NCBI GenBank assembly: GCA_018672055.1
Contig: JABHGM010000001.1
Span: forward strand, 136,884-200,883
Direction: 5' to 3'
Length of the DNA: 64,000 nucleotides
Source: a bacterium
GTDB lineage: Bacteria; Patescibacteriota; Patescibacteriia; UBA1558; UBA10009
Below the pieces are notes generated by a model. That model searched no databases and was not told the DNA's origin. It worked only from the letters and a program-made list of their open reading frames with translations. The position numbers and the translations under genes were made by a program. Positions 1 through 10,292 of the stretch are shown here, piece after piece (the first letter of the stretch is position 1; every line of letters starts with the position of its first letter).

Positions 1-2
1 CA

Positions 3-119
3 AGTGGCTCAGATATTATTATTGTAGGTAGAGGTATATATGAATCAGCTAATCCAGAAGAAGAAGCTAAAAAATATAGAGAAGAAGGATTTAATGCTTA
101 CAAAACAAGAGAATATTGA
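3..119 (+). CDS. pyrF: Orotidine-5'-phosphate decarboxylase, C-terminal fragment (gene truncated by window start)
   Basis: Manual translation [38 protein letters not shown]; [10 protein letters not shown] is the phosphate-binding motif of URA3/UMPS-type OMP decarboxylases. Confidence 0.8.
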   Translation, partial: SGSDIIIVGRGIYESANPEEEAKKYREEGFNAYKTREY

Positions 120-144
120 CTTTAATGATATAATATAATAAAAT
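116..144 (+). promoter_or_regulatory. Sigma70-type promoter for ORF 192..602
   Basis: TTGACT (116-121), 17 nt spacer, TAAAAT (139-144); GAGGAG SD at 180-185. Confidence 0.55.
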
Positions 145-191
145 AATTTTAATCGTAAATTAAAAAAAATCAATTAGAAGAGGAGTCTAAT

Positions 192-602
192 ATGATGATC
201 AAAAAAATAGTAATCTTTATTATTACTACATTAGTACTAATTGCAGGAACCTTACACTATTTACCAATATTAACTAATTGGGAAATATATCTTTCTACTG
301 AGAGATATAGATTTCTGTGTGGAAGTATCATATTTGGTATAACTGCTAGTATAATACTTATCATGTTCCAAAACATACATGAAACACGTCTTGGAACAAT
401 ATGGTTTATAGGAACAAGTGGTATTATTGGTATAATAAATATTATTTATGGTATCATGATCTTTGGCTTTTGGGGAATTGTACCTGGAGTAGCATTATTA
501 ACTACTTACTACTTAATCTATTTTATAACCAAAATCACGGGTATCTTATACCATAATTATACTAACACTAATTATTTTATTGATAATAAAGTTCTTCCCT
601 AA
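192..602 (+). CDS. Hypothetical membrane protein (about 4 TM), stand-alone cassette
   Basis: 136 aa hydrophobic ORF with SD, own promoter and terminator; no recognised family. Confidence 0.7.
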   Translation: MMIKKIVIFIITTLVLIAGTLHYLPILTNWEIYLSTERYRFLCGSIIFGITASIILIMFQNIHETRLGTIWFIGTSGIIGIINIIYGIMIFGFWGIVPGVALLTTYYLIYFITKITGILYHNYTNTNYFIDNKVLP

Positions 603-622
603 ATCTAAAAAATCTTTCTCAT

Positions 623-652
623 CCCTCGTTTTTTTAAACGAGGGTTTTTTTT
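623..652 (+). terminator. Rho-independent terminator
   Basis: CCCTCGTTT-TTTT-AAACGAGGG followed by T8. Confidence 0.8.
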
Positions 653-749
653 AAGATAAACTTACAAAATAATATAAAAAATGATATAATATCCACATCA
701 AAAGCATGGGAGTATCTTAAATAGAACTCATGCTTTTATAATCCATAAT

Positions 750-3341
750 ATGTTTTTATCTAAACTAGAAATACAAGGTTTTAAATCTTTTGCTGAAAAA
801 GTTACTTTAGAATTCAATAAAGAACTAACAGCTATTGTCGGACCTAATGGTAGTGGTAAATCAAATATTACTGATGCTATCCGTTGGGTACTTGGCGAAC
901 AAAGTTTAAAACTTCTACGTGGTAAAAAATCAGCTGATGTTATCTTTGCTGGTTCCAAGAAAAAAGCTAGACTTGGCTTTGCTGAAGTAAGTCTTTTTTT
1001 AGATAATAAAAGTGGCAGAGCTCCGCTCGATTACCAAGAGATAGTCATCACACGTCGCATATACAGAAGCGGTGAAAGTGAATATTTAATAAATAAAAAT
1101 AAAGTAAGATTAACTGATATTCAACTCCTCTTAGCCAAATCATCTTTCGGACAAAAAACATATTCAATTATTGGCCAAGGCATGATTGATTCCATACTTA
1201 CCTCTTCACCAGCTGAAAGAAAAGAATTTTTTGACGAAGCTACTGGTATAAGAGAATTTCAAATTAAAAAAGATCAAGCCTCACATAAATTAGATCGTTC
1301 TGAAGAAAATCTAGGACAATCTCAACAAGTCTTACAAGAAATATCACCTAGACTTAAATCTCTGACTAGACAAATGAAAAAATTAGAACGTAAAGAAGAA
1401 ATAAATGAAAAATTAAAAGATTTACAAACTAAATATTATTCAAAACTCTTAAATGATTTAAAAAAGGATGAGGATAAAATTAATGAAAAACTAGCTAAAG
1501 TAGGAATTCAGAAAAAAGATTTAGAAACAGAGCAACTTGAATTACAAAAAGATATGGAAGCTATCCATATTCAAGATACTGAAGCTGAGGCTTTCCATAA
1601 GTTACAAGAAGAATACTCTCAAAAAAATAATAAAAAAAATAGTTTAATGCAAGAATTAACTATTATTAAAGGTAAGATAGATTTAGGACTAACCAAACTT
1701 GGAAAAACAGACTTAGTATGGGCAAGTTCCAAAAAAGAAGAATTAGATAATGAATTAACTGTAACTATAAGCAGTATTAAGAGTAATAATGATCTATTAG
1801 ATAAAGTGAGTAAGCAATTAGAAGAAAAGAGTGATAAGCAGAATAATATATTAAAAGAATTTAATGAATTACAAGATGAATTACTTAAAGCTCAAAAAGA
1901 ATTATCAAAGAGTGATAACTTTTCATTAAATAAAATTCAAAGTCATTTAACTGACCTCTATGAAAAGCAACAAGAATTTTTAGAAGCTTTAGATAAAATA
2001 ACTGAATTAGGACAACTAAAGAAGTTAAAAGATAAAGCAGAAGCTATAGCTAAAGAAATTAATTGGCTAACAAATAAATTAAGTGAGAATGATAATGATA
2101 ATTCTAATCAAATAGTTAAATTACAAGAACGTTTAAATAATTTCTTAGTTACTAAAGATTCTTTAGTTAATGAAATACAAGAACTTAAAATAAACTATGA
2201 AACTACCAAACAAAAAAATAATCATTTAAATGATTCAAAGGATAAATATGAAAATGATTTAAAAAAGATAAGCGGACAAATAAATGGTAATGAATCTAAA
2301 GATGCTATAAATAATGATAAGCAAGAATTAGAAAAAAAGATTCAACTAATTGAACAGGAATTAGATAATTTAAAAAAGAAGTTAGACAGTTTTTCTAAAG
2401 ATCAAGAAGCTAGTAGATTAACATTGCTTAAAGCACAAAGAGCTATACAAGACATACAGATACAATTAAATAATCAAAATAATGAGTATAGTAATTTCAA
2501 GATTGAACTAGCCAAGGTTGAAACAAAACATGAAGAGTTAGAAAAAGAAATTGCTACCAATGTAAAAAATGATTTTAAGCAATCTGAAATTAAAGATGAT
2601 ATTAATCTAGGAGAAACTTATGCAGAAATATCACGTCTTAAAAATCAATTAGCAATTATTGGTGGCATTGATGAAGAAGTGGCAGTGGAATACAAAGAAG
2701 TAAAAGAAAGGCATGACTTCTTAAACGAACAGATTACTGATCTTGGGCAAGCTATTAAATCATGTCATGACATTATTGAAGATTTAGATCAAAAAATGAA
2801 AAAACAATTTGAAAATTCATTTGAAAAGATAAATGAAAAATTCACATACTTTTTTAAAGTATTATTTAATGGTGGTAATGCAAAGTTAATACTTAAAAAA
2901 TCTGAAATAAAAGAAGTAGTAAAAGAAACTGAAGAAAATATAAAAGAAGAAATAGTAGAAGAAGAGATTAGACCTAAAAAAATAGAATATGGTATTGAAA
3001 TAGAAGCTACACCTCCAGGTAAAAAGTTAAAGAATTTAAATATGTTATCAGGTGGAGAAAAAGCTTTAACTTCAATCGCTATTATCTCTGCTATCATGTC
3101 AAATAACCCCTCACCTTTCGTAATACTAGATGAAGTAGATGCAGCACTTGATGAAGCTAACTCTGAAAGATTTATAAAAATAATAGATGAATTATCTGAT
3201 AAAACACAATTTATAACTATAACCCATAATAGAGCAACTATGCATCAAGCAGCTATACTTTACGGTGTTACCATGGGTGATAACGGTATATCTAAATTAC
3301 TCTCTATTAATCTAACTGAAGCAGAAAAAGTGGCAGAATAA
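750..3341 (+). CDS. smc: Chromosome segregation SMC-family ATPase (short, 863 aa)
   Basis: GFKSF, Walker A GPNGSGKSN, Q-loop IGQG, long coiled coil, signature LSGGEKAL, Walker B ILDEVDAALD, ITH motif. Confidence 0.93.
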   Translation: MFLSKLEIQGFKSFAEKVTLEFNKELTAIVGPNGSGKSNITDAIRWVLGEQSLKLLRGKKSADVIFAGSKKKARLGFAEVSLFLDNKSGRAPLDYQEIVITRRIYRSGESEYLINKNKVRLTDIQLLLAKSSFGQKTYSIIGQGMIDSILTSSPAERKEFFDEATGIREFQIKKDQASHKLDRSEENLGQSQQVLQEISPRLKSLTRQMKKLERKEEINEKLKDLQTKYYSKLLNDLKKDEDKINEKLAKVGIQKKDLETEQLELQKDMEAIHIQDTEAEAFHKLQEEYSQKNNKKNSLMQELTIIKGKIDLGLTKLGKTDLVWASSKKEELDNELTVTISSIKSNNDLLDKVSKQLEEKSDKQNNILKEFNELQDELLKAQKELSKSDNFSLNKIQSHLTDLYEKQQEFLEALDKITELGQLKKLKDKAEAIAKEINWLTNKLSENDNDNSNQIVKLQERLNNFLVTKDSLVNEIQELKINYETTKQKNNHLNDSKDKYENDLKKISGQINGNESKDAINNDKQELEKKIQLIEQELDNLKKKLDSFSKDQEASRLTLLKAQRAIQDIQIQLNNQNNEYSNFKIELAKVETKHEELEKEIATNVKNDFKQSEIKDDINLGETYAEISRLKNQLAIIGGIDEEVAVEYKEVKERHDFLNEQITDLGQAIKSCHDIIEDLDQKMKKQFENSFEKINEKFTYFFKVLFNGGNAKLILKKSEIKEVVKETEENIKEEIVEEEIRPKKIEYGIEIEATPPGKKLKNLNMLSGGEKALTSIAIISAIMSNNPSPFVILDEVDAALDEANSERFIKIIDELSDKTQFITITHNRATMHQAAILYGVTMGDNGISKLLSINLTEAEKVAE

Positions 3342-3453
3342 AATAATTTAAATGAGAAATGTGTTTAGCCTTGACATTTCTCTGTTTTCTATTATAATAT
3401 CCCTAAATAACGAAATAGTGCTCAAATTTTAATTAATAATAAATACACAAGAT

Positions 3454-3909
3454 ATGTTAATGATTCGCTTATCCAGAGTCGGTAAGAAAAAACAACCTAC
3501 TTATAGAATAATAATTTCTGAAAAACAGAAGGATCCTTGGGGTAAATATCTAGAACTCTTAGGAAATTATAATCCTCATACTAAAGAAATTAACTTAGAA
3601 GTAGATAGAATAAAATATTGGCTTAGTAAAGGTGCTCAAGCTTCTAATACAGTAAATAACCTTTTAATTAAAGAAGGTATTTTAGAAGGTGATAAGAAAA
3701 AATCAGTTGCTATCTCTAAAAAGCTTATTGCTAGAAAAGAAAGTAAAGATAAAGAAGCTGATGATAAAAAACAAGCCGAAGAAGTTAAGAAAGAAGAGCC
3801 AAAGACTGAAACACCCAAAGAAGAAGCTAAAGTAGAAGAAAAGCCTAAGGAAGAAAAAGCTGAAGAAGCTCCAAAGGAAGAAGTTAAGAAAGAAGAGCCA
3901 AAAGCTTAA
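3454..3909 (+). CDS. rpsP: 30S ribosomal protein S16 with long K/E/P-rich C-terminal tail
   Basis: MLMIRLSRVGKKKQPTYRII...LGNYNP...YWLSKGAQ; synteny with khpA and trmD. Confidence 0.96.
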   Translation: MLMIRLSRVGKKKQPTYRIIISEKQKDPWGKYLELLGNYNPHTKEINLEVDRIKYWLSKGAQASNTVNNLLIKEGILEGDKKKSVAISKKLIARKESKDKEADDKKQAEEVKKEEPKTETPKEEAKVEEKPKEEKAEEAPKEEVKKEEPKA

Positions 3910-3914
3910 ATACC

Positions 3915-3943
3915 TTGACAAAACATAATATACAATATATAAT
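3915..3943 (+). promoter_or_regulatory. Consensus sigma70 promoter upstream of khpA
   Basis: TTGACA (3915-3920), 17 nt, TATAAT (3938-3943). Confidence 0.75.
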
Positions 3944-4009
3944 GTTATATACATTATCATCTCTTAATTAAGATAGTAATGGAAATCTAATCAATCTAAC
4001 TGCAGAAAT

Positions 4010-4330
4010 ATGGCAGAAGAAGTAGATCACAAGTTTCTAGATTTCGTCGTAAAAGGATTAGTTGATAATCCAAAAGACGTCAAAATCGAAAGAACTATCG
4101 ATGAAATGGGTGTACTATTAACACTCAATATTAATCCAGCCGACATGGGACAAATAATTGGTCGCCAAGGTCAAACAGCAAGAGCTATCAGAACTCTTTT
4201 AAGAGTTGTTGGTGCTAAATCAAATGCTAGGGTTAATTTAAAAATTGTTGAACCTGAAGGTTCAAGAAAACCAGCTGAGACTAAGACCGAAGAGGTTGAT
4301 ACCAGCGCAGTAGATGATTTAAAATTATAA
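4010..4330 (+). CDS. khpA: KH-domain RNA-binding protein KhpA (UPF0109)
   Basis: LVDNP..V, DMGQIIGRQGQTARAIRTLL (GxxG KH motif); follows rpsP. Confidence 0.9.
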   Translation: MAEEVDHKFLDFVVKGLVDNPKDVKIERTIDEMGVLLTLNINPADMGQIIGRQGQTARAIRTLLRVVGAKSNARVNLKIVEPEGSRKPAETKTEEVDTSAVDDLKL

Positions 4331-4350
4331 ATTCAAATCATTGAATAAAA

Positions 4351-4381
4351 CAAAAACCTTACCACACGTGTAAGGTTTTTG
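4351..4381. terminator. Terminator-like hairpin after khpA
   Basis: CAAAAACCTTAC...GTAAGGTTTTTG inverted repeat. Confidence 0.65.
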
Positions 4382-4410
4382 TATTGATTAATATATGATA
4401 CTATTTAAAT

Positions 4411-5052
4411 ATGAAATTCGACATAATAACAATCTTTCCTAAAATACTAGATTCTTACTTTAATGAGTCTATTCTTAAACGTGCTCAAAAAAATAAGAAG
4501 GTTAAAATTATAACTCATGATTTAAGAAAGTGCTCAAAGGATAAGCATAAAAATACTGATGACTCACCTTATGGCGGAGGCCCTGGCATGATAATGATGA
4601 TTCAACCGCTCTATAACTGTTTAAAAAAGATAAGGCGTAAAAAGAATTCGCGTGTTATTATGCTTGATCCAGCTGGTAAACAATTTGATCAAAAAACAGC
4701 ACTTAGATATTCAAAATTAGATCAACTAATTTTTATATGTGGTAGATACGAAGGAATTGATGAGAGAATAAGTAATTATGTAGATGAAAAAATATCTATT
4801 GGCCCATATGTCTTATCCGGCGGTGAGCTTGGTGCTGCTGTTATTACTGAAGCAGTAGCTAGATTAATACCAGGTGTTTTAGGTTCAAAAGACTCACTTC
4901 AATATGAAACATTCTCAGGTGAAAAAAGCGATATTGTAGAATACCCACAATATACAAGACCAGAAAGTTTTAAAGACATGAATGTTCCTAAAATACTACT
5001 TAGTGGTAATCATAAAGAAATAGATAAGTGGCGAAAAAATAAGAAGAAATAG
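4411..5052 (+). CDS. trmD: tRNA (guanine37-N1)-methyltransferase
   Basis: DDSPYGGGPGM, ICGRYEGIDER, SIGPYVLSGGE, EYPQYTRP, LLSGNH. Confidence 0.97.
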   Translation: MKFDIITIFPKILDSYFNESILKRAQKNKKVKIITHDLRKCSKDKHKNTDDSPYGGGPGMIMMIQPLYNCLKKIRRKKNSRVIMLDPAGKQFDQKTALRYSKLDQLIFICGRYEGIDERISNYVDEKISIGPYVLSGGELGAAVITEAVARLIPGVLGSKDSLQYETFSGEKSDIVEYPQYTRPESFKDMNVPKILLSGNHKEIDKWRKNKKK

Positions 5053-5061
5053 AATATATAA

Positions 5062-5093
5062 AAAAGCCCAGTCTTATTTACGACCGGGCTTTT
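5062..5093. terminator. Bidirectional terminator between trmD and convergent ORF
   Basis: AAAAGCCCAGTC-TTATTTAC-GACCGGGCTTTT. Confidence 0.75.
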
Positions 5094-5107
5094 ATAATTA
5101 ACCATAA

Positions 5108-5869
5108 TTAAAGATTAAACTTTTCAAACTTATTTCTTACAGCTTGATAACTCAAGTGTATAGATTTAGCTAATACAGTTTTCTTATACCCAGATTCTCT
5201 ATACAGATACTCTAAGATATGCTTATCAAATTCATCATTCGCAGGGTACCATTTTTTAACTTCAAGGTGATCAATAAAATCCTGTATAGGCTGGATAATA
5301 TTCTCAGTAGGCATGACTTTATCACTGATTCGTAAATCAATGAACTCAAAACCTTTTTTATTCAACTTCAGATGATTAGAATAATAAGTTGCTTTTATTA
5401 AATCAATATCTTCCAAGAACTTTTGAAACTTATTATTATTATGCCTATGATAAGAAATCAAATTGTAATGAAAAAGATCTTTTATCTCTTGCCATGGCTT
5501 ATCCTTAATTAGTTCAAATAGATCATTATCTGATGTCTTTTCTAATTTAGAATCTGCTAAAAAACCAGGCCGAATATTCCATTTAATTTTAATCGTCGAC
5601 CCCTCGTGTTCATATTCACATTCAAATGGATTATCATCCTCTAATAATGAAATAATTTTCTTTAGTAATTCTCCAAAACTACTATCTATTTCCAGTATAC
5701 TTACTAATGGCTCAGACAACTCATTGTCGATTATAAAACCGTCTATTAGACGTCCATCCCATAAAAGAATTCCTATTACCAATCCCTCAAGCACTGGATT
5801 TTTAACTTCAAATGAAGTTAATAGATCGAGTAATTCTCCATACTTCCTTGCTAAATATATATTTATCAT
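5108..5869 (-). CDS. Hypothetical protein with C-terminal Fis-like helix-turn-helix
   Basis: 253 aa; C-terminus ILEYLYRESGYKKTVLAKSIHLSYQAVRNKFEKFNL resembles the Fis/HTH_8 motif; SD AAGGAG; promoter TTGACA (5955-5950). Confidence 0.6.
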   Translation of the reverse strand: MINIYLARKYGELLDLLTSFEVKNPVLEGLVIGILLWDGRLIDGFIIDNELSEPLVSILEIDSSFGELLKKIISLLEDDNPFECEYEHEGSTIKIKWNIRPGFLADSKLEKTSDNDLFELIKDKPWQEIKDLFHYNLISYHRHNNNKFQKFLEDIDLIKATYYSNHLKLNKKGFEFIDLRISDKVMPTENIIQPIQDFIDHLEVKKWYPANDEFDKHILEYLYRESGYKKTVLAKSIHLSYQAVRNKFEKFNL

Positions 5870-5987
5870 TTCTTCTCCTTATTTTTATGATTAATGTATT
5901 TATTTTTTAATTTACGTGAATAATATAGACTATCATTTAGGCCGCTTTATGTCAATCACCTGCTCTTTCTACTGGCTTTTTATACCC

Positions 5988-6016
5988 TTGACTTAATATA
6001 GGGTATAATATATAAT
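5988..6016 (+). promoter_or_regulatory. rRNA promoter (sigma70)
   Basis: TTGACT (5988-5993), 17 nt, TATAAT (6011-6016), about 380 nt upstream of 16S. Confidence 0.75.
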
Positions 6017-6270
6017 CCTCATAGGTTCCAATAAGTCGAATTTTATAAATTAAATACTAACAATTTCAACAAAATACTAACAATTAGTTAATTTTGAACG
6101 AAAGACAGAGGTTTTTGAAAGACTAAAGGCTTAGAGACATCATATTTGATAATCTTTAAGCAAACAGTTGTCGAAACCCCCTGTTTTTTGTTCACTATAT
6201 AAATACGAACTATTTAGTCGCAGCACCAATTGCATATACTAAATATATGGATATTTATATAGTCCCCGGA

Positions 6271-6314
6271 CTTTGACAGCTGAAAAAGTAATAGGATTAA
6301 CATATGTTAATTCC
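6271..6314 (+). promoter_or_regulatory. 5' arm of 16S processing stem (boxA-like start), pairs with 7960-7998
   Basis: CTTTGACAGCTGAAAAAGTAATAGGATTAACATATGTTAATTCC is near-complementary to GGAATTAACATTAATCCTATTACTTTCTAGCTGTTAAAG downstream of 16S. Confidence 0.8.
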
Positions 6315-6397
6315 TTCAATTCCAAAGGTGAACTTTTTATAACTGTTCATCTTATTCTCCGATCTCTTTGGAGAATAGAAAAAATAAATGTTATATC

Positions 6398-7887
<1,490 letters not shown>

Positions 7888-8000
7888 CTAGGGAGTATTT
7901 ACTCAGTCATCTTTTTTAAAGATGATCTTAGAGAGGTCGAATACATTTTAATGTATACGGGAATTAACATTAATCCTATTACTTTCTAGCTGTTAAAGTG

Positions 8001-8027
8001 GCTGGGTTTTCAAGCCCAGCTTTTTTT
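8001..8027 (+). terminator. Terminator closing the 16S transcription unit
   Basis: GCTGGG-TTTTCAAG-CCCAGC followed by T7. Confidence 0.75.
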
Positions 8028-8044
8028 GTTATCATTTACCTATT

Positions 8045-8119
8045 GCCACGGTAGCTCAGTGGTAGAGCAGTGGACTGAAAATCCACGTGTCGGCGGTTCA
8101 ATTCCACCCCGTGGCACCA
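8045..8119 (+). tRNA. tRNA-Phe (GAA)
   Basis: Cloverleaf GCCACGG...CCGTGGC-A-CCA; anticodon arm GTGGA-CTGAAAA-TCCAC. Confidence 0.97.
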
Positions 8120-8196
8120 GGGCGATTAGCTCAGTTGGTTAGAGCGCTACACTGATAATGTAGAGGTCGGAGGTTCAACTCCTCCATCGCCCACCA
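8120..8196 (+). tRNA. tRNA-Ile (GAT)
   Basis: GGGCGAT...ATCGCCC-A-CCA; anticodon arm CTACA-CTGATAA-TGTAG. Confidence 0.97.
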
Positions 8197-8283
8197 TAAA
8201 AGACCGAATTTACTTTCGGTTTTTTATATTGACTAATATTTTATATTAAGCTAAGGTTATTCTAATATTTAAATGGAGGGCAT

Positions 8284-8637
8284 ATGCCTTATTTCGTTAT
8301 ACTTATATTAGTAGCCCTAGTTCTTTACACAATCGCAATCTGGTCAGAAACAATTGTTAAACAATTAAAGCCATGGATAATTATAATATTTTCCATTGCT
8401 CTAATTTGTGACATTATTAGCACTTCTAAAATGTACTTTTTAGCAGGTAATCAAGAACTTAATCTTCATAGTGTAGCTGGTTATGCAGCCTTAGGAATTA
8501 TGTTATTACATTTTATCTGGGCAATCCTAGCTATAATAGGATTTAAAAACTTGGCTTTTTACTTTAATCGCTACTCTGTCTATGCTTGGTTTTTCTGGTT
8601 AATTACTTTTGGCACAGGAGTTTATCATAGGTTATGA
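8284..8637 (+). CDS. HsmA/TIGR03987-like 4-TM membrane protein
   Basis: ALVLYTIAIWSE, LICDIISTSKM, H..AGY.AL..MLLHFIWA, FNRYSVYAW pattern; SD GGAGG. Confidence 0.65.
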   Translation: MPYFVILILVALVLYTIAIWSETIVKQLKPWIIIIFSIALICDIISTSKMYFLAGNQELNLHSVAGYAALGIMLLHFIWAILAIIGFKNLAFYFNRYSVYAWFFWLITFGTGVYHRL

Positions 8638-8685
8638 GAAATCATAACCTTTTTTATTTTAGTTAAAAAGTATATAATAATTAAT

Positions 8686-9651
8686 ATGTTAATAAATATA
8701 CTATTCATAATAATAGGTTTTCTTATCCTTATTAAATCTGCTGATTGGTTAGTTGATAGTTCAGCAAATTTAGCAAACAAACTAGGAATATCTGCTTTAG
8801 TTATTGGTTTAACTATTGTGGCTTTTGGTACTTCAGCTCCAGAACTTGTAGTTAATCTAATTTCAAGTTTAAAAGGTAATAATGCTTTAGTTTTTGGTAA
8901 CATAGTTGGTAGTAATATTGCCAATATATTGTTAGTAGTAGGTTTGGGTGCTTTAATTATGCCCTTAACCATTAAATCACAAACTCTATTTAAAGAAATA
9001 CCTTTAATGGTGCTTGGAGGTTTGGGTTTGATTATTTTAGCTTTTGATAAGTTTTTTACAAATAGTCCTAATATAATTGATAGAAGTGATGGAGCTATCT
9101 TACTTTTGATCTTTGCTATCTTTGTATATTACATAATTCAATCTGCTCTTTCTGAAAGAGGTAAAGTAGAAAAAAAATTCGCTAAGAGTATTAAAGAACA
9201 AAATACATTATTATCTATAGTCTTAATTATAGTATCAGCTATTGGCTTGTTCATTGGTGGTAAATTAGTAGTTGATAATGCTATTTCTCTAGCAACTATA
9301 CTTGGAGTAGGTGAAAAATTAATTGGTTTAACTATTGTAGCCATTGGCACTTCCCTACCTGAACTTACTACTGTTATAATATGTACTCTTAAGAAAAATA
9401 CTGATATGGCTATTGGTGGTATAATTGGTAGTAATATATTTAATACCTTATTTATATTTGGTCTAAGTAGTTTTATAACACCTGTTGAGCTAAATATGCC
9501 AGTTAGATTTGATCTATCAGTAATGATGATAGCTTTTCTCTTAATCTTTTTATTCAGTTTAACTAAGAGAAGAATTGAGAAATGGGAAGGTTTTGTTCTT
9601 TTTGTAATATACTTAGTCTATATATTAATGCTTATTCTAGGAGTTAATTAA
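8686..9651 (+). CDS. Calcium/sodium antiporter (YrbG/CaCA family)
   Basis: Two alpha repeats GLTIVAFGTSAPEL and GLTIVAIGTSLPEL, GSNIANI and GSNIFN. Confidence 0.93.
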   Translation: MLINILFIIIGFLILIKSADWLVDSSANLANKLGISALVIGLTIVAFGTSAPELVVNLISSLKGNNALVFGNIVGSNIANILLVVGLGALIMPLTIKSQTLFKEIPLMVLGGLGLIILAFDKFFTNSPNIIDRSDGAILLLIFAIFVYYIIQSALSERGKVEKKFAKSIKEQNTLLSIVLIIVSAIGLFIGGKLVVDNAISLATILGVGEKLIGLTIVAIGTSLPELTTVIICTLKKNTDMAIGGIIGSNIFNTLFIFGLSSFITPVELNMPVRFDLSVMMIAFLLIFLFSLTKRRIEKWEGFVLFVIYLVYILMLILGVN

Positions 9652-9706
9652 TAGACTTGATTTATTTTAATAGAAATGGTATCGTTAGGTACGATTTCAT
9701 TATTAT

Positions 9707-9783
9707 CGGGCTGTGGCGCAGTTGGCTAGCGCGCCTGCTTTGGGAGCAGGAGGCCGTGAGTTCAAGTCTCACCAGCCCGACCA
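9707..9783 (+). tRNA. tRNA-Pro (TGG)
   Basis: CGGGCTG...CAGCCCG-A-CCA; anticodon arm CCTGC-TTTGGGA-GCAGG. Confidence 0.96.
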
Positions 9784-9787
9784 GAAC

Positions 9788-9863
9788 GCGGGTATTGTAT
9801 AATGGCTTATTATGTCAGCCTTCCAAGCTGAAGATACGGGTTCGATTCCCGTTACCCGCTCCA
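9788..9863 (+). tRNA. tRNA-Gly (TCC)
   Basis: GCGGGTA...TACCCGC-T-CCA; anticodon arm TCAGC-CTTCCAA-GCTGA. Confidence 0.95.
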
Positions 9864-9901
9864 AATAACCAATTATGGTTATTTTTTGATATAATAAAAA
9901 T

Positions 9902-10219
9902 ATGAACTTCAATCAAAAAGTAATAGTCTTAATTAAAAAAATACCAAAAGGTAGAGTAGCTACTTATGGTCAAATAGCTTCTTTAGTCTCAACACCTCGT
10001 GCAGCTCGTATGGTAGGCGGTATTTTACATAGAGACTCAGAAAAATATGATTTACCATGGCAAAGAGTCATTAATTCAAAAGGTATGATCTCTACTACTT
10101 GCCAAAAGCATTCTTCTAACCTTCAAGCTAAGCTTCTTCAAAATGAAGGAGTTAAAGTAATTAAAAAAGATAATAATTACTTTATTGATTTAAAAAAATA
10201 TCTTTGGAGGGAAGCTTGA
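9902..10219 (+). CDS. Alkyltransferase-like protein (MGMT/ATL family)
   Basis: IPKGRVATYGQIA, ARMVG, PWQRVI (Trp in place of the catalytic Cys of PCHRV). Confidence 0.88.
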   Translation: MNFNQKVIVLIKKIPKGRVATYGQIASLVSTPRAARMVGGILHRDSEKYDLPWQRVINSKGMISTTCQKHSSNLQAKLLQNEGVKVIKKDNNYFIDLKKYLWREA

Positions 10220-10292
10220 CAAAATAAGTATAATATGCTAAGATATAGGGGTAATCCAATGCTATATGCATAGGTTTTTTTAATACCCATAT

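Noticed and set aside
9657-9905. 82 aa ORF
   Set aside because: Spans tRNA-Pro and tRNA-Gly; not a protein gene.
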